A DNA stretch of 64,000 nt from Octopus vulgaris (Eukaryota), in the NCBI GenBank assembly GCA_951406725.2, contig OX597843.1, positions 15,438,001 through 15,502,000 on the forward strand. Direction: 5' to 3'. The notes beneath the pieces are model-generated. The model was given only the letters and a program-made list of their open reading frames with translations. It was not told the origin of the DNA and did no database searches. Position 1 is the stretch's first letter; each line of letters begins with the position of its first letter. Both the position numbers and the translations under genes were made by a program. Positions 26,331 to 40,318 of this stretch are shown one piece after another.

Positions 26331-27714
26331 TATCCACTTACAAGGATGTGGTATGCTTGGGGTTATACTAAAAGGAACTTCCCCAATATGCCGTGCACAC
26401 TTACTGGACCCAAGACCACACAGTTGGTTCTCTGAGCTTCTCAACAATACGTATATATACCATAAGAATACATATGTCTGTGTACATGTGTACGAAAATG
26501 CATATATGTAAGAGTTATCATCTTCATGATGATTGTTATTTAGCATGTTTTCCATGATGGCATGGGTTGGATGCTCGGAAAGGATTCCACAAGCCCCAGG
26601 AGCGCATCGGCCTATAATGTCGGCTTTGACATTGGTTTCCACAGCTGAATGACCTTCCTAATGCCAACCACTTTACAACGTGGACTAAGTGTTATTTCCG
26701 CATTACCAGCCCAAGTAAGGTTACCAAGTAACTTGTAAAACAAAGAATAGAAAAGAAAATCCCCCTTGGCAGCGAGGAAGCATATTTGAGAAAATGTGGG
26801 TGGCATAATGCCAGTTTCTGAAGGTTAAATTATGATGGAGAGACAAGCACAGGAGTCTGAGAAGAGAGGAGATGCAGGACTACCACGCTCTGTATGTGTG
26901 TAGGTAGCAGTAAGTGAAAGTAGGATGTAGACGTTGGTAACGAGGTGTCTAGATGCATCATCAAGGTACAAGAAGATAAGTATATGAGGGTATCCAGGCG
27001 GTGGAACACGGGGAAAGAAACCTGTGGGTCAAGAGAGTGTAAAGACAGGTGGTAAAGATGAGGCAAGAGGTTGAGTGTTTAAGTGATGAACGAAGGTGGT
27101 GTGGTTGATGGTTAATGTCATCAGAATGGAGTGTTGGGGAGATGAGAGAGAGAGAGAGGGAAAGAGAAGTGGATCAAGCAGGTGGAAGTGATGGTGGTGG
27201 CACGGGAGTCATTGAAAATCGATTTGATGAATGAAAACTGAACGAAAACTGTCATATACACACACGCGCGCTCACGCATGCATATACGCATGTGTGTATG
27301 TATTTTTATGTTTGTGAATGTATGTGTGTTTGTCTTTGCTCTCACCAGCGCATGACAGCCTGTGTTAGTTTGTTTACATTCCCTTAAAGAGTTCAGCAAA
27401 AGAATTAGAATAAGTACCACGCTAGAAAAATATAAGTGCCGCGGTCAATTCGTTTAAGTAAACCATTCAATGTGGTACTCCAGCATGGCCGCAGTCCAAT
27501 GACAAAAACAAGAAAAGGATGCATCACCGTCATACAAGCGGGGTTCTTTTTTTTCTTGAAACCCTGTTCTGCCACGGGAAAGGATTGACTTGTTTGAGAC
27601 AGGTGAAGTTTGGTGTCCGGAACGACATTTGGCCGGAGAAAATCTGGTTCAATGAATTCTGTCTTCCCGATGCAAGCAGAGGAAATGGTCCTTAAAAGGA
27701 TGACGACGTTGTAC

Positions 27715-28418
27715 ATGTGTATGTGTATGTGTGTGTGTGTGTGTGTATGTGTGTGTGTGTATGTGTGTGTGTGATGTGTGTATGTGTGTGTGTGTGTGTG
27801 TGCGAGAGAGAGAGAGAGAGAGAGAGGGGAGAGAGAGAAAGAAAGAAAGATAGACAGAAAGGAAGAAAGAAAGAAAGAAAGAAAAAAGAAGGAAAGAAAG
27901 GAAGAAAGAAAGAAAGAAGAAAAGAAAGAAAGAAATATAGACAGAAAGGAAGAAAGAATGAAAGGAAGAAAGAAAGAAGGAAAGAAAGAAAGATAGAAAG
28001 AAAGAAAGAAAGAAAGAAGAAAGAAAGAAAGAAAGAAAAAGAAAAAAGAAAGAAAGAAGGAATGAAAGCAAGAAAGAAAGATGGAGAAGAAAGAAAGAAA
28101 GAAAGAAAGAAAGAAGTAAGGAAAAAAAAGAAAGAAAGAATGAAAGAAAGAAAGATGGAAAGAAAGAAAGAAGAAAGAAAGATTGAAAGAAAGATACAAA
28201 CAAACAAAGAAGAAAGAAAGAAAGAAAGAAAGTAAGAAAGAAGGAAAGAAAGAAAGAAAGAAAGAAAGAAGGAAAGAAAGAAAGAAGGAAAGGATGACAG
28301 CTAGAAAGAAAGAAAGAAAGGATGACAGATAGGAAGAAAGAAAGAAAGAAGGAAAGAAATAAAAAAGGAAAGAAAGAAGGAAAGAAAGAAGGTAAGAAAG
28401 AAACAAAGAAAGAAAGGA

Positions 28419-28458
<40 letters not shown>

Positions 28459-28600
28459 AGGAAAGGATGACAGCTAGAAAGAAAGAAAGAAAGAAAGAAG
28501 GAAAGAAAAAGGAAAGAAAGAAAGAAAGAAAGAAGGAAAGAAAGAAAGGAAGAAAGAAGGAAAGAAAGAAAGAAGGAAAGGTTGACAGATAGAAAGAAAG
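27715..28600. repeat. (TG)n-(GA)n-(GAAA)n compound microsatellite
   Basis: Seen directly. Confidence 0.95.
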
Positions 28601-28997
28601 ATGTGACGTGCGTGTGTTTTGTCACAGAAGTTTCTCCTAAGTGATTTCGTGTATCTTATCAGAGACCTCCGAGACAAAAGTTTATCGCTGCCATTGTTTT
28701 AAATTTTTATTTCAGTTATGAATGTTCTTCCCATCGTTCCTTGAATCTAACGTTGTTTGGAGAGCAAAGAGGGATTCCATTTGTCCCCGGCCAACTTCTA
28801 CAGAAATCAGCAAATGTCTTTCGGTTTTTTATATTTGAACAAAGATTCTGAATAAAGTCCGAATGTCTGTAGCAGTAGAATCAAGTTGGAACCTCAGTGT
28901 CTCAAGATTCGTTGATGTTATTTCTGCTTTTGATAAACTAATTTTCTTAAGAGAAGTCTATCCGAAACAAAACTCAAAACAAGTTCCCTCCCGAGTT

Positions 28998-29520
28998 TCT
29001 TATTTCTTTATAGCCCACAAGAAGCCAAACATAGAACAGGGGACAAACAAGAACAGACAAATGGATTAAGTCGCTTACATCGACCCAAGAGGATGAAAGG
29101 CAGTGCATAACTGATACTTATTTAATCGACTCCGAAAAGGAGATGAAAGGCAAAGTCGACCTCGGCGGAATTTGAACTCAGAACGTAACGGCAGGCGAAC
29201 ACACAAATGGAAAGTCGATTACATCGACTCCAGTGCGTAACTGTTACAGAATATATCGACCCCAAGAGGATGAAAACAAGTCGACGGCGGAATTTGAACT
29301 AGAACGTAACGGCAGGGATTAAGTCGATTACATCGACTCCAGTGCGTAACTGTTACAGAATATATCGACCCCAAGAGGATGAAAGGCAAAGTCGACCTCG
29401 GCGGAATTTGAATTTTGATTACATCGACTCCAGTGCGTAAACGAATATATCGACGACAGACGAAATACTGCTAAGCATTTCGCCTGGCGTGCTAACGTTT
29501 CTGCCAGCTCGCCGCCTTCT
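28998..29520 (-). mobile_element. Family A SINE with multiple internal partial duplications
   Basis: Repeated aagtcgattacatcgactccagtgcgtaac / ggcggaatttgaa segments, ending gccagctcgccgcctt. Confidence 0.8.
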
Positions 29521-29711
29521 CTCCTGAGTTTCTATATGCATAATAAATTGTTCACACACACATGCTCTCATATATAGATGAGTATATTCACATAAACATT
29601 GGCAGTTATGTTACATTAGTATTGTTTCTATTATTATCAAAAAGAGCCTCAATGCATCCAAACATTCTCCTGTCAACAAGAAGATGAAAAATGTCCGTTT
29701 TTGTTCCATAC

Positions 29712-29869
29712 CCTATATAGCTTATCGTCCCGCATGGAGAAAAAGTTATCCGCGAAACGGATGACCTTTCTTCGTCTTTCAGATGTTTTAATAAACTCCT
29801 TGGTAATGAAATAGATGCCATGATCTTCGCATCTGCTTCTTGTTGGTCGGGATTTGGTGAGGGGTTTAT
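29712..29869 (-). CDS. aGPCR exon: GAIN, with an apparent 1-bp deletion (frameshift)
   Basis: caccag|INPSPNPDQQEADAKIMASISLPRSLLKHLKDEERSSVSRIT F/FSMRDDKLYR|gtatgg. The exon is 158 nt where the flanking phases require 159; the frame switches in the T5 run at 29740-29744. Confidence 0.88.
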
Positions 29870-30230
29870 CTGGTGGAGAAAAAGAAAGATAAATTGAAAT
29901 CAATAAAGAATAAATAACACTACTACAGTTGCTACTGCTACTATTATTGTAACCTCTTCTTCTACAACCACTACACGACTACAACATTGCAAGTAACATA
30001 ATATCTAAAACTACCAGTATCATACACTGCCATTATCTCATACACAAGCAACCATTGGGGTTTCTACGTCGGTCAACTAATTATTGGTCTATTCAATAAT
30101 TTTCTACATTCTGCCTCGATCGCTTTCTAGTCTTGGGATCGCAGTGAAATGAAGACAGAAGTATTTTGTACAAATTCCCATTATTTTCAACCAATGACAT
30201 AATTTCCTACTATTTATTCCTGAAACGTTT

Positions 30231-30437
30231 ATATATTTGTTGTGCAAGATTTTTTATGTGAAGTCGTGTGTTGAAACAGATATTGTTATATTTCGGAATG
30301 GTCACTTTGCCAGTTTAGCCAACAAAAACACACGCACTATATATTTGGTGTTATTTTGCTTCAGTGTTATTTATTTATTACATTAATCTTAATCTTATTG
30401 GCTAAACTGGCAAAATGACCATTCCGAAATATAACAA
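30231..30437. mobile_element. Short element with an internal ~43-bp inverted repeat and 16-bp direct flanking repeats
   Basis: tattcctgaaacgttt at 30215-30230 and 30438-30453; IR atattgttatatttcggaatggtca...gccaa / ttggc...ataacaatat. Confidence 0.7.
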
Positions 30438-30690
30438 TATTCCTGAAACGTTTTGTAACAAGCATACATACAAAAAACCAAATACACCCGTGTACTCCCT
30501 TTGCTACACACAATTACACATGATAATGTATTTAGCTGAAGCATGCACAAACTTTTTATATTTTTCTGATGAAGCAAATGATCAGAAAAATAATGCAGTA
30601 TGAATGTATACTCTAATTATTGTTATATTGTTCATCTTTTTTATGTGGTTGATATATATATATATATATATATGTACATATATATATATA

Positions 30691-31448
<758 letters not shown>

Positions 31449-31489
31449 TATATAAATCCTTAAATCCTTAAAAATGTTTTAGCCCGAAG

Positions 31490-31920
31490 GCCGCGGCCAT
31501 GCTGGGGCACCACCGCTGAATGAGCTACACTAATATGTGAATCCACCTCTGATACGTGTCACTTGGTCAACAAGGGAGTTCGATGCCGCTGCCCGCATCT
31601 GTGTCTCCTGTCGTGAGGTAGGTTCATCTGGGACCCCCGACAAGAAGAGATCCAGTTTAGTTTTAAAGAAACCCACATCCACACCATGTAAGTCTCTCAG
31701 GCATTTAGGGAGGATGTTAAAGAGCTGTGGTCCTCTGAAACCCAAGCTGTTGCAGTATCTGGACCTGTACTTTGATTGTGATGTTGGAATCTTTGGCACC
31801 ATGCATTGGCGCCCCGTTCTGCGGTTGGGGTAACTTTGAATGCCAAAGTTTGGGACAAGACCCTCCAGGATTTTCCACATGTATATCACCGCATATCTCT
31901 CCTGCCTTCGCTCTAGGGAG
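31490..31920 (-). mobile_element. CR1/L2-group LINE 3' fragment
   Basis: SLERRQERYAVIYMWKILEGLVPN...GPQLFNILPKCLR...FKTKLDLFL...VPDEP. Confidence 0.8.
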
Positions 31921-32679
31921 AATATTATATATTATTCAAGACTAGTTATAGCATTGGGTATATTAATAAGACGCTAAAACATATTTTTATACATTTAAAA
32001 TCCAGCTAGATCAATTTAATCGTTGAACATCGTAATATATATTGTTTATCAATATTATTTGGATCCTGTATTATTTTGAGTTTGATTGTTGTTGTTATTA
32101 TTATTATTGTCATTGACTGGATTTGTAGTGGACTGTTGGTTGTGGTTGAATATCTTCATAGTGTATTGTTCATTTGTTCTAATATTTTTGCACCTTTCTT
32201 TAATTTATGGGGCTTAAATGTTTCTTACTTTCCATTAGTAAATAATTTTTTTTTGATAGTTATGAGTTACGATAGATATTAATTATTAAACCTATTTATT
32301 TAGATTTTTTTATAAAAGGATCTAACGTATTACATTTAATTTAATTTGAGAATTAATTTTGTTACACAATATATTATTTAAGTATTAGTTGGTAAATTTA
32401 TTATGTAGTATGAAATTTAAGATAATTAGGTATTATATTAATTGATATTTAGTCAATTATATTATTGAGTGATTTATTAAATCTATAGATACTACACATA
32501 TATATTAATTATATAGTTAGCTTATTTAATGAGTTTGTCTATATTTGAACCATTTCTTACTTTCATTATGATATTAATGACCTGTACTAGCATTGTATAT
32601 ATTAATTAATTTTAAAGTATTGAATAATTTAAAAAATTGTTTTTAGTTTTCACTTAATGTATATATAGTATCTTATATA

Positions 32680-32718
<39 letters not shown>

Positions 32719-32741
32719 TTTCATAACGTTTTCAAATAGCC

Positions 32742-32804
32742 AGATAACCGAAGAGATGGTGTTGTGGATTTCCACTTCGGCATCTGAAACTCAGAGTTTT
32801 ATCT
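32742..32804 (+). ncRNA. Degenerate type I hammerhead ribozyme motif (core CCGAAGA)
   Basis: Helix I agataa/ttatct, helix II gatg/catc, GAAA, helix III ctc-a-gag, GUU site; U4->C core change. Confidence 0.5.
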
Positions 32805-32833
32805 TGACTACCGAGTAATGTAACATATTGTAT

Positions 32834-32880
<47 letters not shown>

Positions 32881-32915
32881 TTATTAAGTGATTATTGTAT
32901 TATTCTAGTTTATTT

Positions 32916-33023
32916 TAACCTGATGGGTGGCAATATTCATATCGAAGTGATTTTACTACTACTATTATTAAATTTTTTTACTATAATCATTTCTTAAATA
33001 TGGTCACGAAACACGTGTCGTTA
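32916..33023 (+). ncRNA. Type I hammerhead ribozyme motif (core CTGATGG variant)
   Basis: Helix I taac/gtta, helix II gtggc/gtcac, GAAA, palindromic helix III cacgtg, GUC site at 33017-33019. Confidence 0.6.
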
Positions 33024-33170
33024 TTCTACCAAATATATACGTTTCTATTATTTTTTTGCAATTTACTTAATCTTCGGTATATTATTGTTATTTTAATTTT
33101 AAAATTTCTATTATATGTAATTTTCTAGATGGTGTAATTTAATTGTTCATTTTGAATTGATAAAAGGTGT

Positions 33171-33228
<58 letters not shown>

Positions 33229-33439
33229 AAGGATAAAATTTATATTTTATTAAGTAGCCACCTTGTAAAATCAATTACGGAAAAAATTAATACGAGGTAT
33301 ATAATTTTTTTAAATGCATTATCACAATAAGTGTGATTACAATAAGTAAAGCCGCACGCTGTAACGAGACGCTAAAGTCAAACTATTTCATCAAATATAC
33401 ACACGCACCGAATTCGAAGGAATGAACCAAGGAGAAAGG

Positions 33440-33533
33440 TAGGTATGTATGTAGGTAGGTAGGTAGGTAGGTAGGTAGGTAGGTAGGTAGGTAGGTAGGT
33501 AGGTAGGTAACTAGATAGATAGATAAATCGATC

Positions 33534-33617
<84 letters not shown>

Positions 33618-33670
33618 CATAGACAGATAGATAGATAGATAGTATACAGACAGACAGGTAGATAGATACA
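33440..33670. repeat. (GGTA)n/(GATA)n microsatellite
   Basis: Seen directly. Confidence 0.95.
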
Positions 33671-33786
33671 TGCATAGACATCTTGCCTTACTTTACATAA
33701 CAATAAACGTAATTATATTCCATTCTAATGTATTTTATCAACTTGGGTGTTTAGAACAAGAGAGTAATCATGAGAACTTTTGGTAC

Positions 33787-33958
33787 CCATGTTTTGGCTT
33801 CTGTTTCATTGGTTCCGTAGGAAACCCCATAGAAAAGACCATCGAATGCGTCCGGATTCACTTTGGCAACACCAATACCAAGATTAGAATAGATAGCTGT
33901 GACTTGCTGCTCCTCCAGTGGAATCTTTTCTGGGATTTCTTGTATAAGATGCAGCAAT
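33787..33958 (-). CDS. aGPCR exon: GAIN
   Basis: tcacag|(R)LLHLIQEIPEKIPLEEQQVTAIYSNLGIGVAKVNPDAFDGLFYGVSYGTNETEAKTW|gtacca; the donor is weak. Confidence 0.88.
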
Positions 33959-34204
33959 CTGTGAGGAAATCAAGAAAACGACTTTCCATTAACAATGTGT
34001 TTCGAATACGTAATTAGCTTTAGGTGTAATTACACTAATTATTCCGCTTAACAAATTTTTGCATGCTACTCTTGCTTCTAATACTTCTGTTGTTGTTGTT
34101 AGCATTGATGCAACAACTTTTATTATTTATGCCGCTCCATATATGACCGCGGGATCTATTTCTTTTTACTTTTCTTCTTCTTCTTCTTATCATCATCATC
34201 ATCA

Positions 34205-34245
<41 letters not shown>

Positions 34246-34259
34246 TAGTCTTATTTTTA

Positions 34260-34597
34260 TAACGTGCTTTCACTTCACTACCGAGCGCAGCTATGTGTGC
34301 CTTGGGTATGTGCTGTGGTTTGCTGTGACGCTCTTATGGTTACTTTATTGAATGTGTTTTACGTAGTATATGTGCAGTGCCTAGTAGTACTATTTTCTGT
34401 AAGTTATGTATATTTGTTAGTCCTGGTGTTTTTCTTATGTATTTGTCTGAATGTTTTTTACATCATACTTAATGCGCTCACTATGATAGGAATTGTTTCT
34501 GTTTTTAGATTCCACGTTCGAGTTACCTCTATTTCCAGGTCCTTGTATTTTGAAAGTTTCTCCATTTCTTGTAGAGACACGTTGTCATCTGCTGGTA
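34260..34597 (-). mobile_element. R4/Dong-clade 3' fragment embedded in (TAA)n
   Basis: IPADDNVSLQEMEKLSKYKDLEIEVTRTWNLKTETIPIIVSAL..., then LQKIVLLGTAHILRK. Confidence 0.85.
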
Positions 34598-34617
34598 TTA
34601 TTATTATCATTATTATA

Positions 34618-34667
<50 letters not shown>

Positions 34668-34708
34668 CATTATTATCATCATCATCATCATCATTATTAT
34701 TATTATTA

Positions 34709-34748
<40 letters not shown>

Positions 34749-34782
34749 CATTATTATCATCATCATCATCATCATTTTATTA

Positions 34783-34816
<34 letters not shown>

Positions 34817-34843
34817 TACCACTACCACCACCACCACCATTAT

Positions 34844-34882
<39 letters not shown>

Positions 34883-34903
34883 CAAAAGTGATTTGAATAT
34901 TAC

Positions 34904-35132
34904 CTGTTGGCACTGCTATTCTCTTGTTCTGTCTCGGCCAGAACCTCCTCTGGTATGTTTAACAAATTGTTGATACTACGAAGAGTGTGGTTCAAAGTTA
35001 TATTGGCCGACACAGTCGATACAAGTGGCACCATTTTCTCGTGAAGGTCTACAGCCAATTCAACATCTTCTTTGAAATACACTGATTTCTGGGATACATC
35101 TAAAACCTCCTCCAAAATACTGTCGATGTTTC
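34904..35132 (-). CDS. aGPCR exon: GAIN subdomain A (helical)
   Basis: ttgcag|NIDSILEEVLDVSQKSVYFKEDVELAVDLHEKMVPLVSTVSANITLNHTLRSINNLLNIPEEVLAETEQENSSAN(R)|gtaata; phase 1 to 2. Confidence 0.9.
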
Positions 35133-35306
35133 CTGCAATGGAAAATTTAACATGAAATTTAAGGGAATTACAGTTGCTCTGAGCTGAAATATTAGATGCA
35201 AAAGTGATGGCGGTGTTGGTAGTGGTATTGGTGTTGGTGGTGGTGGTGGTGGTGGTGGTGGTGGTGGTTGTGATAGTGGTGGTGTTGTGATGTTGGTATT
35301 GTTGAT

Positions 35307-35352
<46 letters not shown>

Positions 35353-37138
35353 AAATAGCAGTAGCAGCAGCAGTTGCTGTTGTAAATAAATAGTTTGGAC
35401 GTGCTGGCTGATTTGAGAACCATGTGCCATGAAGTGTTAGAAACACATATGGAGAGCGATATTCTCTTACGCTATCAAAAATATTAAAAATATCGGACAT
35501 TTTCGAAATATTATCCCCCTTGAGGCAAGCCAGGCATGACTTTAACACCGATCTATTAATGATTTCGCTCGAAAGTGGTTCACCATGAACTTTCCATGAT
35601 ATAATAGGAAAGAAATACTTTCCGACTGAGATATGTGCAAATTATGGACATGTATAACAGCGACATACAAGAAGTCGTTCAAAGAGGTAGATGCTGATTA
35701 AAGAAGGTTGAAATGAGTTTGATTTTCTGGATAAGAAATGCTTAATTTGGGAAAAAATTTGAGCTGGTCATTTATGAGAATGTAACTGAGAATCAAAAGT
35801 CTTGGTCAATATCACCAGAAATAACAATTTGTAAAGACTTTTATATTTATATATGACCCATGATACTGATACAGACTCGAATCGCAACTCGCAATTCAAA
35901 CGTCAACATACTGCCTACCCCTCTATTATCTCCCTTTTCACTACAATACCAGGAATCCTTCGGAAAATTCCAAGGACCGCGACAGATAAAATTAGCACTA
36001 GGCTTTCAAAGAATAACTCCTGGGATCGATTTCTTCGACTAACACTCTTCAAGGTGGTGCTCCAGCGTGGCCACAGTGAAGTGCCTGTAACAAGTAAAAA
36101 TGCGTCTGTCAGACCTAAACGCACAATGTAATAGCACGCCTTTCATGCAAGTCTGAGGAAGTTCCTCTCCAATGCCTAAAACCGCAAATATTACGTAATT
36201 TTTCTTTTAGAAGTTTAGAACTGGCGATGCAAATGGAAATGTTACGGAAACATTTGTAACTTATAATTAAAGACTATTACAGGCTTTTCTTTCTCTTCTT
36301 GTTTTCATTGGATTCCGATGGACTCTCAGGTCGTTAGACGACGTATGACGGTTCGACAATTTCTTACCGAACAACGGGAGCCACACGTCAGATGTCGAAA
36401 TGACCGTAGAGCAAGGTGAAATGAAATGCGTTGCTCAAGAACACAACGCCCAAGAACAATCGATCTGAGAATCGATACCACGATCTCACAATCGTGAGTG
36501 CAACACCCTAACCACTAAGCCATGCGCCTTCATTGGATTATATATATACATACTTTGTTCCTCTTGTATATCTCTTAGACATTGGTTAAAGCGTATAAGC
36601 TGTGTGTGTATCTATCGATCCTAATTCAAAAATTAACATGATCACTTCAAACAAAATGAAATTCTGCTGAGGAAAATTATTTGCAGCATTAAATAATTTT
36701 CTTGTTTGAATTAAAGCAAGTACTGGAATTGTGTGAATTATTCTGCCCAGTAGAGTCTGCATCTTCTACTTCTATACAAAATTAGAAGAAAACATTTTTG
36801 CCCTTGGTTAATTGGTATAATTAAAAAGAAAATGAGCAAAGACAAACATTCCGTAGGGACAAGAAACGGAAAAGCGTAAAATAAAATGCTGATTTATTGA
36901 AATTATCCAAGCTTTGAGAAAATGTAAATAAATAGTTGTATGTATGAGAGAGAGAGAGAGAGAGAGAGGGAGAGTCTGTGTGCATGTGTGTGTTCATGCG
37001 CGCGCGTGCGTGCGTGTCCTATGGTATCATCCACTGTGGTTGATGATGATGACAACGACGAAGAGGATGGTAATGGTGATTGATGAAGCTAATTATGACG
37101 GTAATGGTGATAAAATTAATAAGAAACACGATACTTAC

Positions 37139-37293
37139 GTTCATCAAGCAATTTCAAGTGAAGTTTCTGAACTCCTATGTTAAGCAATGCCTGGGATTTG
37201 TTCAAAACTTGGGAGATATTGCGCCGCAGTTGACTTTCAGTCATTTCGCTAAATACTGTACAGTAAATAGCAAATATTTTAATTCTGTTTGAG
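37139..37293 (-). CDS. aGPCR exon: SEA-like region, C-terminal part
   Basis: tttcag|SNRIKIFAIYCTVFSEMTESQLRRNISQVLNKSQALLNIGVQKLHLKLLDE|gtaagt; phase 2 to 1. The domain label is an inference. Confidence 0.85.
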
Positions 37294-37372
37294 CTGAAAT
37301 AATAATAAATACATACATGTACGTCGGTATGTATATGTGTATGTAGATAGCTAGCTAGCTAGATACATACAT

Positions 37373-37427
<55 letters not shown>

Positions 37428-37433
<6 letters not shown>

Positions 37434-37640
37434 ATGTGACCTCGTGTGTACCGTTTGCGATTTTGTTTCCTCCGTCTTCCCTTTTCTGGAACTTTCCTTT
37501 TCCTATGTTTCTGACGAAGAGCTCCGCTCGAAACGTAAAACCCTCCTTCTTCCCTTCCTTCCTGAACCTCCAATAATAATATATTTGTTCCACGTCCTCG
37601 CGTTGTTGTGTTTTCTCTTTGTGTTTTCATGTTTGGATGA

Positions 37641-37645
<5 letters not shown>
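37428..37645 (+). mobile_element. Short (TA)n-inserted element carrying a minimal hammerhead (37507-37541); inverted sister copy at 45510-45710
   Basis: gttt-CTGACGA-a-gagc-tcc-gctc-GAAA-cg-TA-aaac. The sister copy has core CCGACGA. Confidence 0.7.
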
Positions 37646-37691
<46 letters not shown>

Positions 37692-38089
37692 TCGTTTAAA
37701 AGCCGCCCTGTCGATCCTTGGGCCCAACAATGACACTTCATGCATTGAGTACATATTAAATCTTTTTAAACTTGACCGATATTTTTCAAGCAATGAACAA
37801 CTTATTGCAAAGTTGCAGGATAAACAACATCTTTTGTCTTCCCGTTCAGGGGTCAATGCAATATTTTCTGTCTAACCTCCTTCTTTCTCTCTCTCCCTCT
37901 TTCTCTTTCTGTTGACTATCACCAGCGCCACTACCGTTGCTACCTCAACTGCCATACACACATCATTCAGACTTCTGACGCCACCACCATCAATATATTT
38001 GACTTCGTCACTTTCCCCTCCACCACCATCACCACAGTCTTTCACATCGCTTTCTTTCACTGACTGCCCCGGCTACCGCCACCACCACC

Positions 38090-38554
<465 letters not shown>

Positions 38555-39369
38555 AGGGATGTGGAGGGATTTCTTTTGAATTTTAAATGTCTTTTACCAT
38601 TTATTTAGTTAGTTCTTTACCATTGTATAGCCACTGGCATGAGACATGAGTTCAAGGGTGGTGGCCTCTTTTAGGTTGGGGAAAATAATGAAAAACAGGA
38701 TGCGGTGCGGTCACCACTAAAACGATAGTATTCAGTATGTCAGCTGCAGGAATTTCCGTCAAAGAGACAAAGTTAAACAAAGCTGTACTTCTTCTCCCTC
38801 TTTCTCTCTCTTTTGTTATTACTCCCACTGCCACCATCAACATTACTACTTTTAATAAAACATCAACGCTCCCTAAATTTCTTTGTCTCTCTCTCTCTCT
38901 CCCTCTCTTTTTATTTCTCTCTCTGTCTTCACCATCGCCCTCACCGTCTCTATGTCTACTATTACTCTCACTGTTTCATGAGGAATAGTAGGAGTGTCAT
39001 TGAATAGTGAGAGAGGGGTCTAAGTGTGACACACTGACACACAGAAATTAGTTTTCGCAATTATTATATTATATATATACTTATATGATTAGTTAAAACA
39101 AAAATCACCGGAATTTTTGTAGACCAAGTTAATCTAACTGGTTTAAAGATAATTTTGTTCTAATACCAGTAATCTAAATTGCACCTTTTCAATAAAACTG
39201 ACCATTGACTGACCAGTTAAACTTCCATTTACCGTTAATGGATTCCAATGTATCAATACTGATGCGTATAAAACATAATTCCATCACTTTAGTATGGCTG
39301 CTATCATATCCTTGTTAATTAAGGCGGCAAAGTGGCAGAGACGTTAGCCCGCCGGGCGAAATACTTCGT

Positions 39370-39740
39370 GGAGACGCAATGGCTCAATAGTTAGGGCAGC
39401 TGACTCGTGATCATAGGATCACGGTTTCGATTCCCAGACCGGGTGTTGTGAGTGTTTACTGAACGAAAACACCTAAAGCTCCTCGAGGTTCCGGCAGTGG
39501 GTGTTGGTGAGCACTGCTGTACTCTTTCAACACAAATTTCTCACTTCCGGTTTTTGTTGTATTTGTATTTCAAAGGGCCAGCCTTGACACACACTGAATC
39601 TTGCTGAATCTCCCCGAGAACTACATTAAGAGTACACATGTCTGTGGGGTGCTCAGCCACTTGCAAATTAATTTCACGAGCAGGATGTTCCGTTGATTGG
39701 ATCAACTGGAACCCTCATCGTCGTAACCGACGGAGTGCCA
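39370..39740 (+). mobile_element. tRNA-derived SINE, family C
   Basis: tRNA-like head gcaatggctcaatagttagggcagc...ggtttcgattccc followed by an unrelated body. Confidence 0.65.
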
Positions 39741-39924
39741 TAAAATATACATATAGATTTCACAAATGACATCCAAAGACTCTCTCTATAGAAGACTAAT
39801 AGTGCTAAAAAAAATCAAACATGGGCTCCGGTGTCTATAGAGGGGGATTTTTTCACAAGGTAAAGAAAGGCTTAAAGAGGAATCAAGTTGATTGGATAAA
39901 CAAATTAGACTCACCAAATATATT

Positions 39925-40318
39925 CTTTTCTACTCTAGGCACAAGGCACGAAATTTTGGGGAGGAGCTAGTCGATTACATCGACCCCATTGTTTAACTGG
40001 TACTTAATTTATCGATCCCCGAAAGGATGAAAGGAAAAGTCGACCCCGGCGGAATTTGAACTCAGAATGTAAAGACATGAAATACTAATTTCTTTACTAC
40101 CCAAAAGGGGCTAAACACAGAGGGGACGAACAAGAACAGACAAACGGATTAAGTCGATTATTTCGACCCCATTGCGTAACTGGTACTTACTTAATCGACC
40201 TTGAAAGGATGAAAGGCAAAGTCTACCTCGGCGGAATTTGAACTCAGAACGTAACGGCAGACGAAATACCACGAGGCAGTTCGCCCGACGTGCTAACGAT
40301 TGAGCCAGTTCGCCGCCC
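39925..40318 (-). mobile_element. Family A SINE, dimeric
   Basis: Same core as 12153-12563. Confidence 0.8.

Noticed and set aside
28998-29520. Short repeated units resembling a CRISPR array
   Set aside because: Eukaryotic DNA; the units are partial duplications of SINE family A with no unique spacers or cas genes.
30565-30600. ctgatga...gaaa as a hammerhead
   Set aside because: No convincing helix I, II or III pairing and no cleavage triplet.
39105-39185. Candidate extra exon in the 37293-47002 intron
   Set aside because: Stops in all frames tried, and the flanking exons already join in phase.
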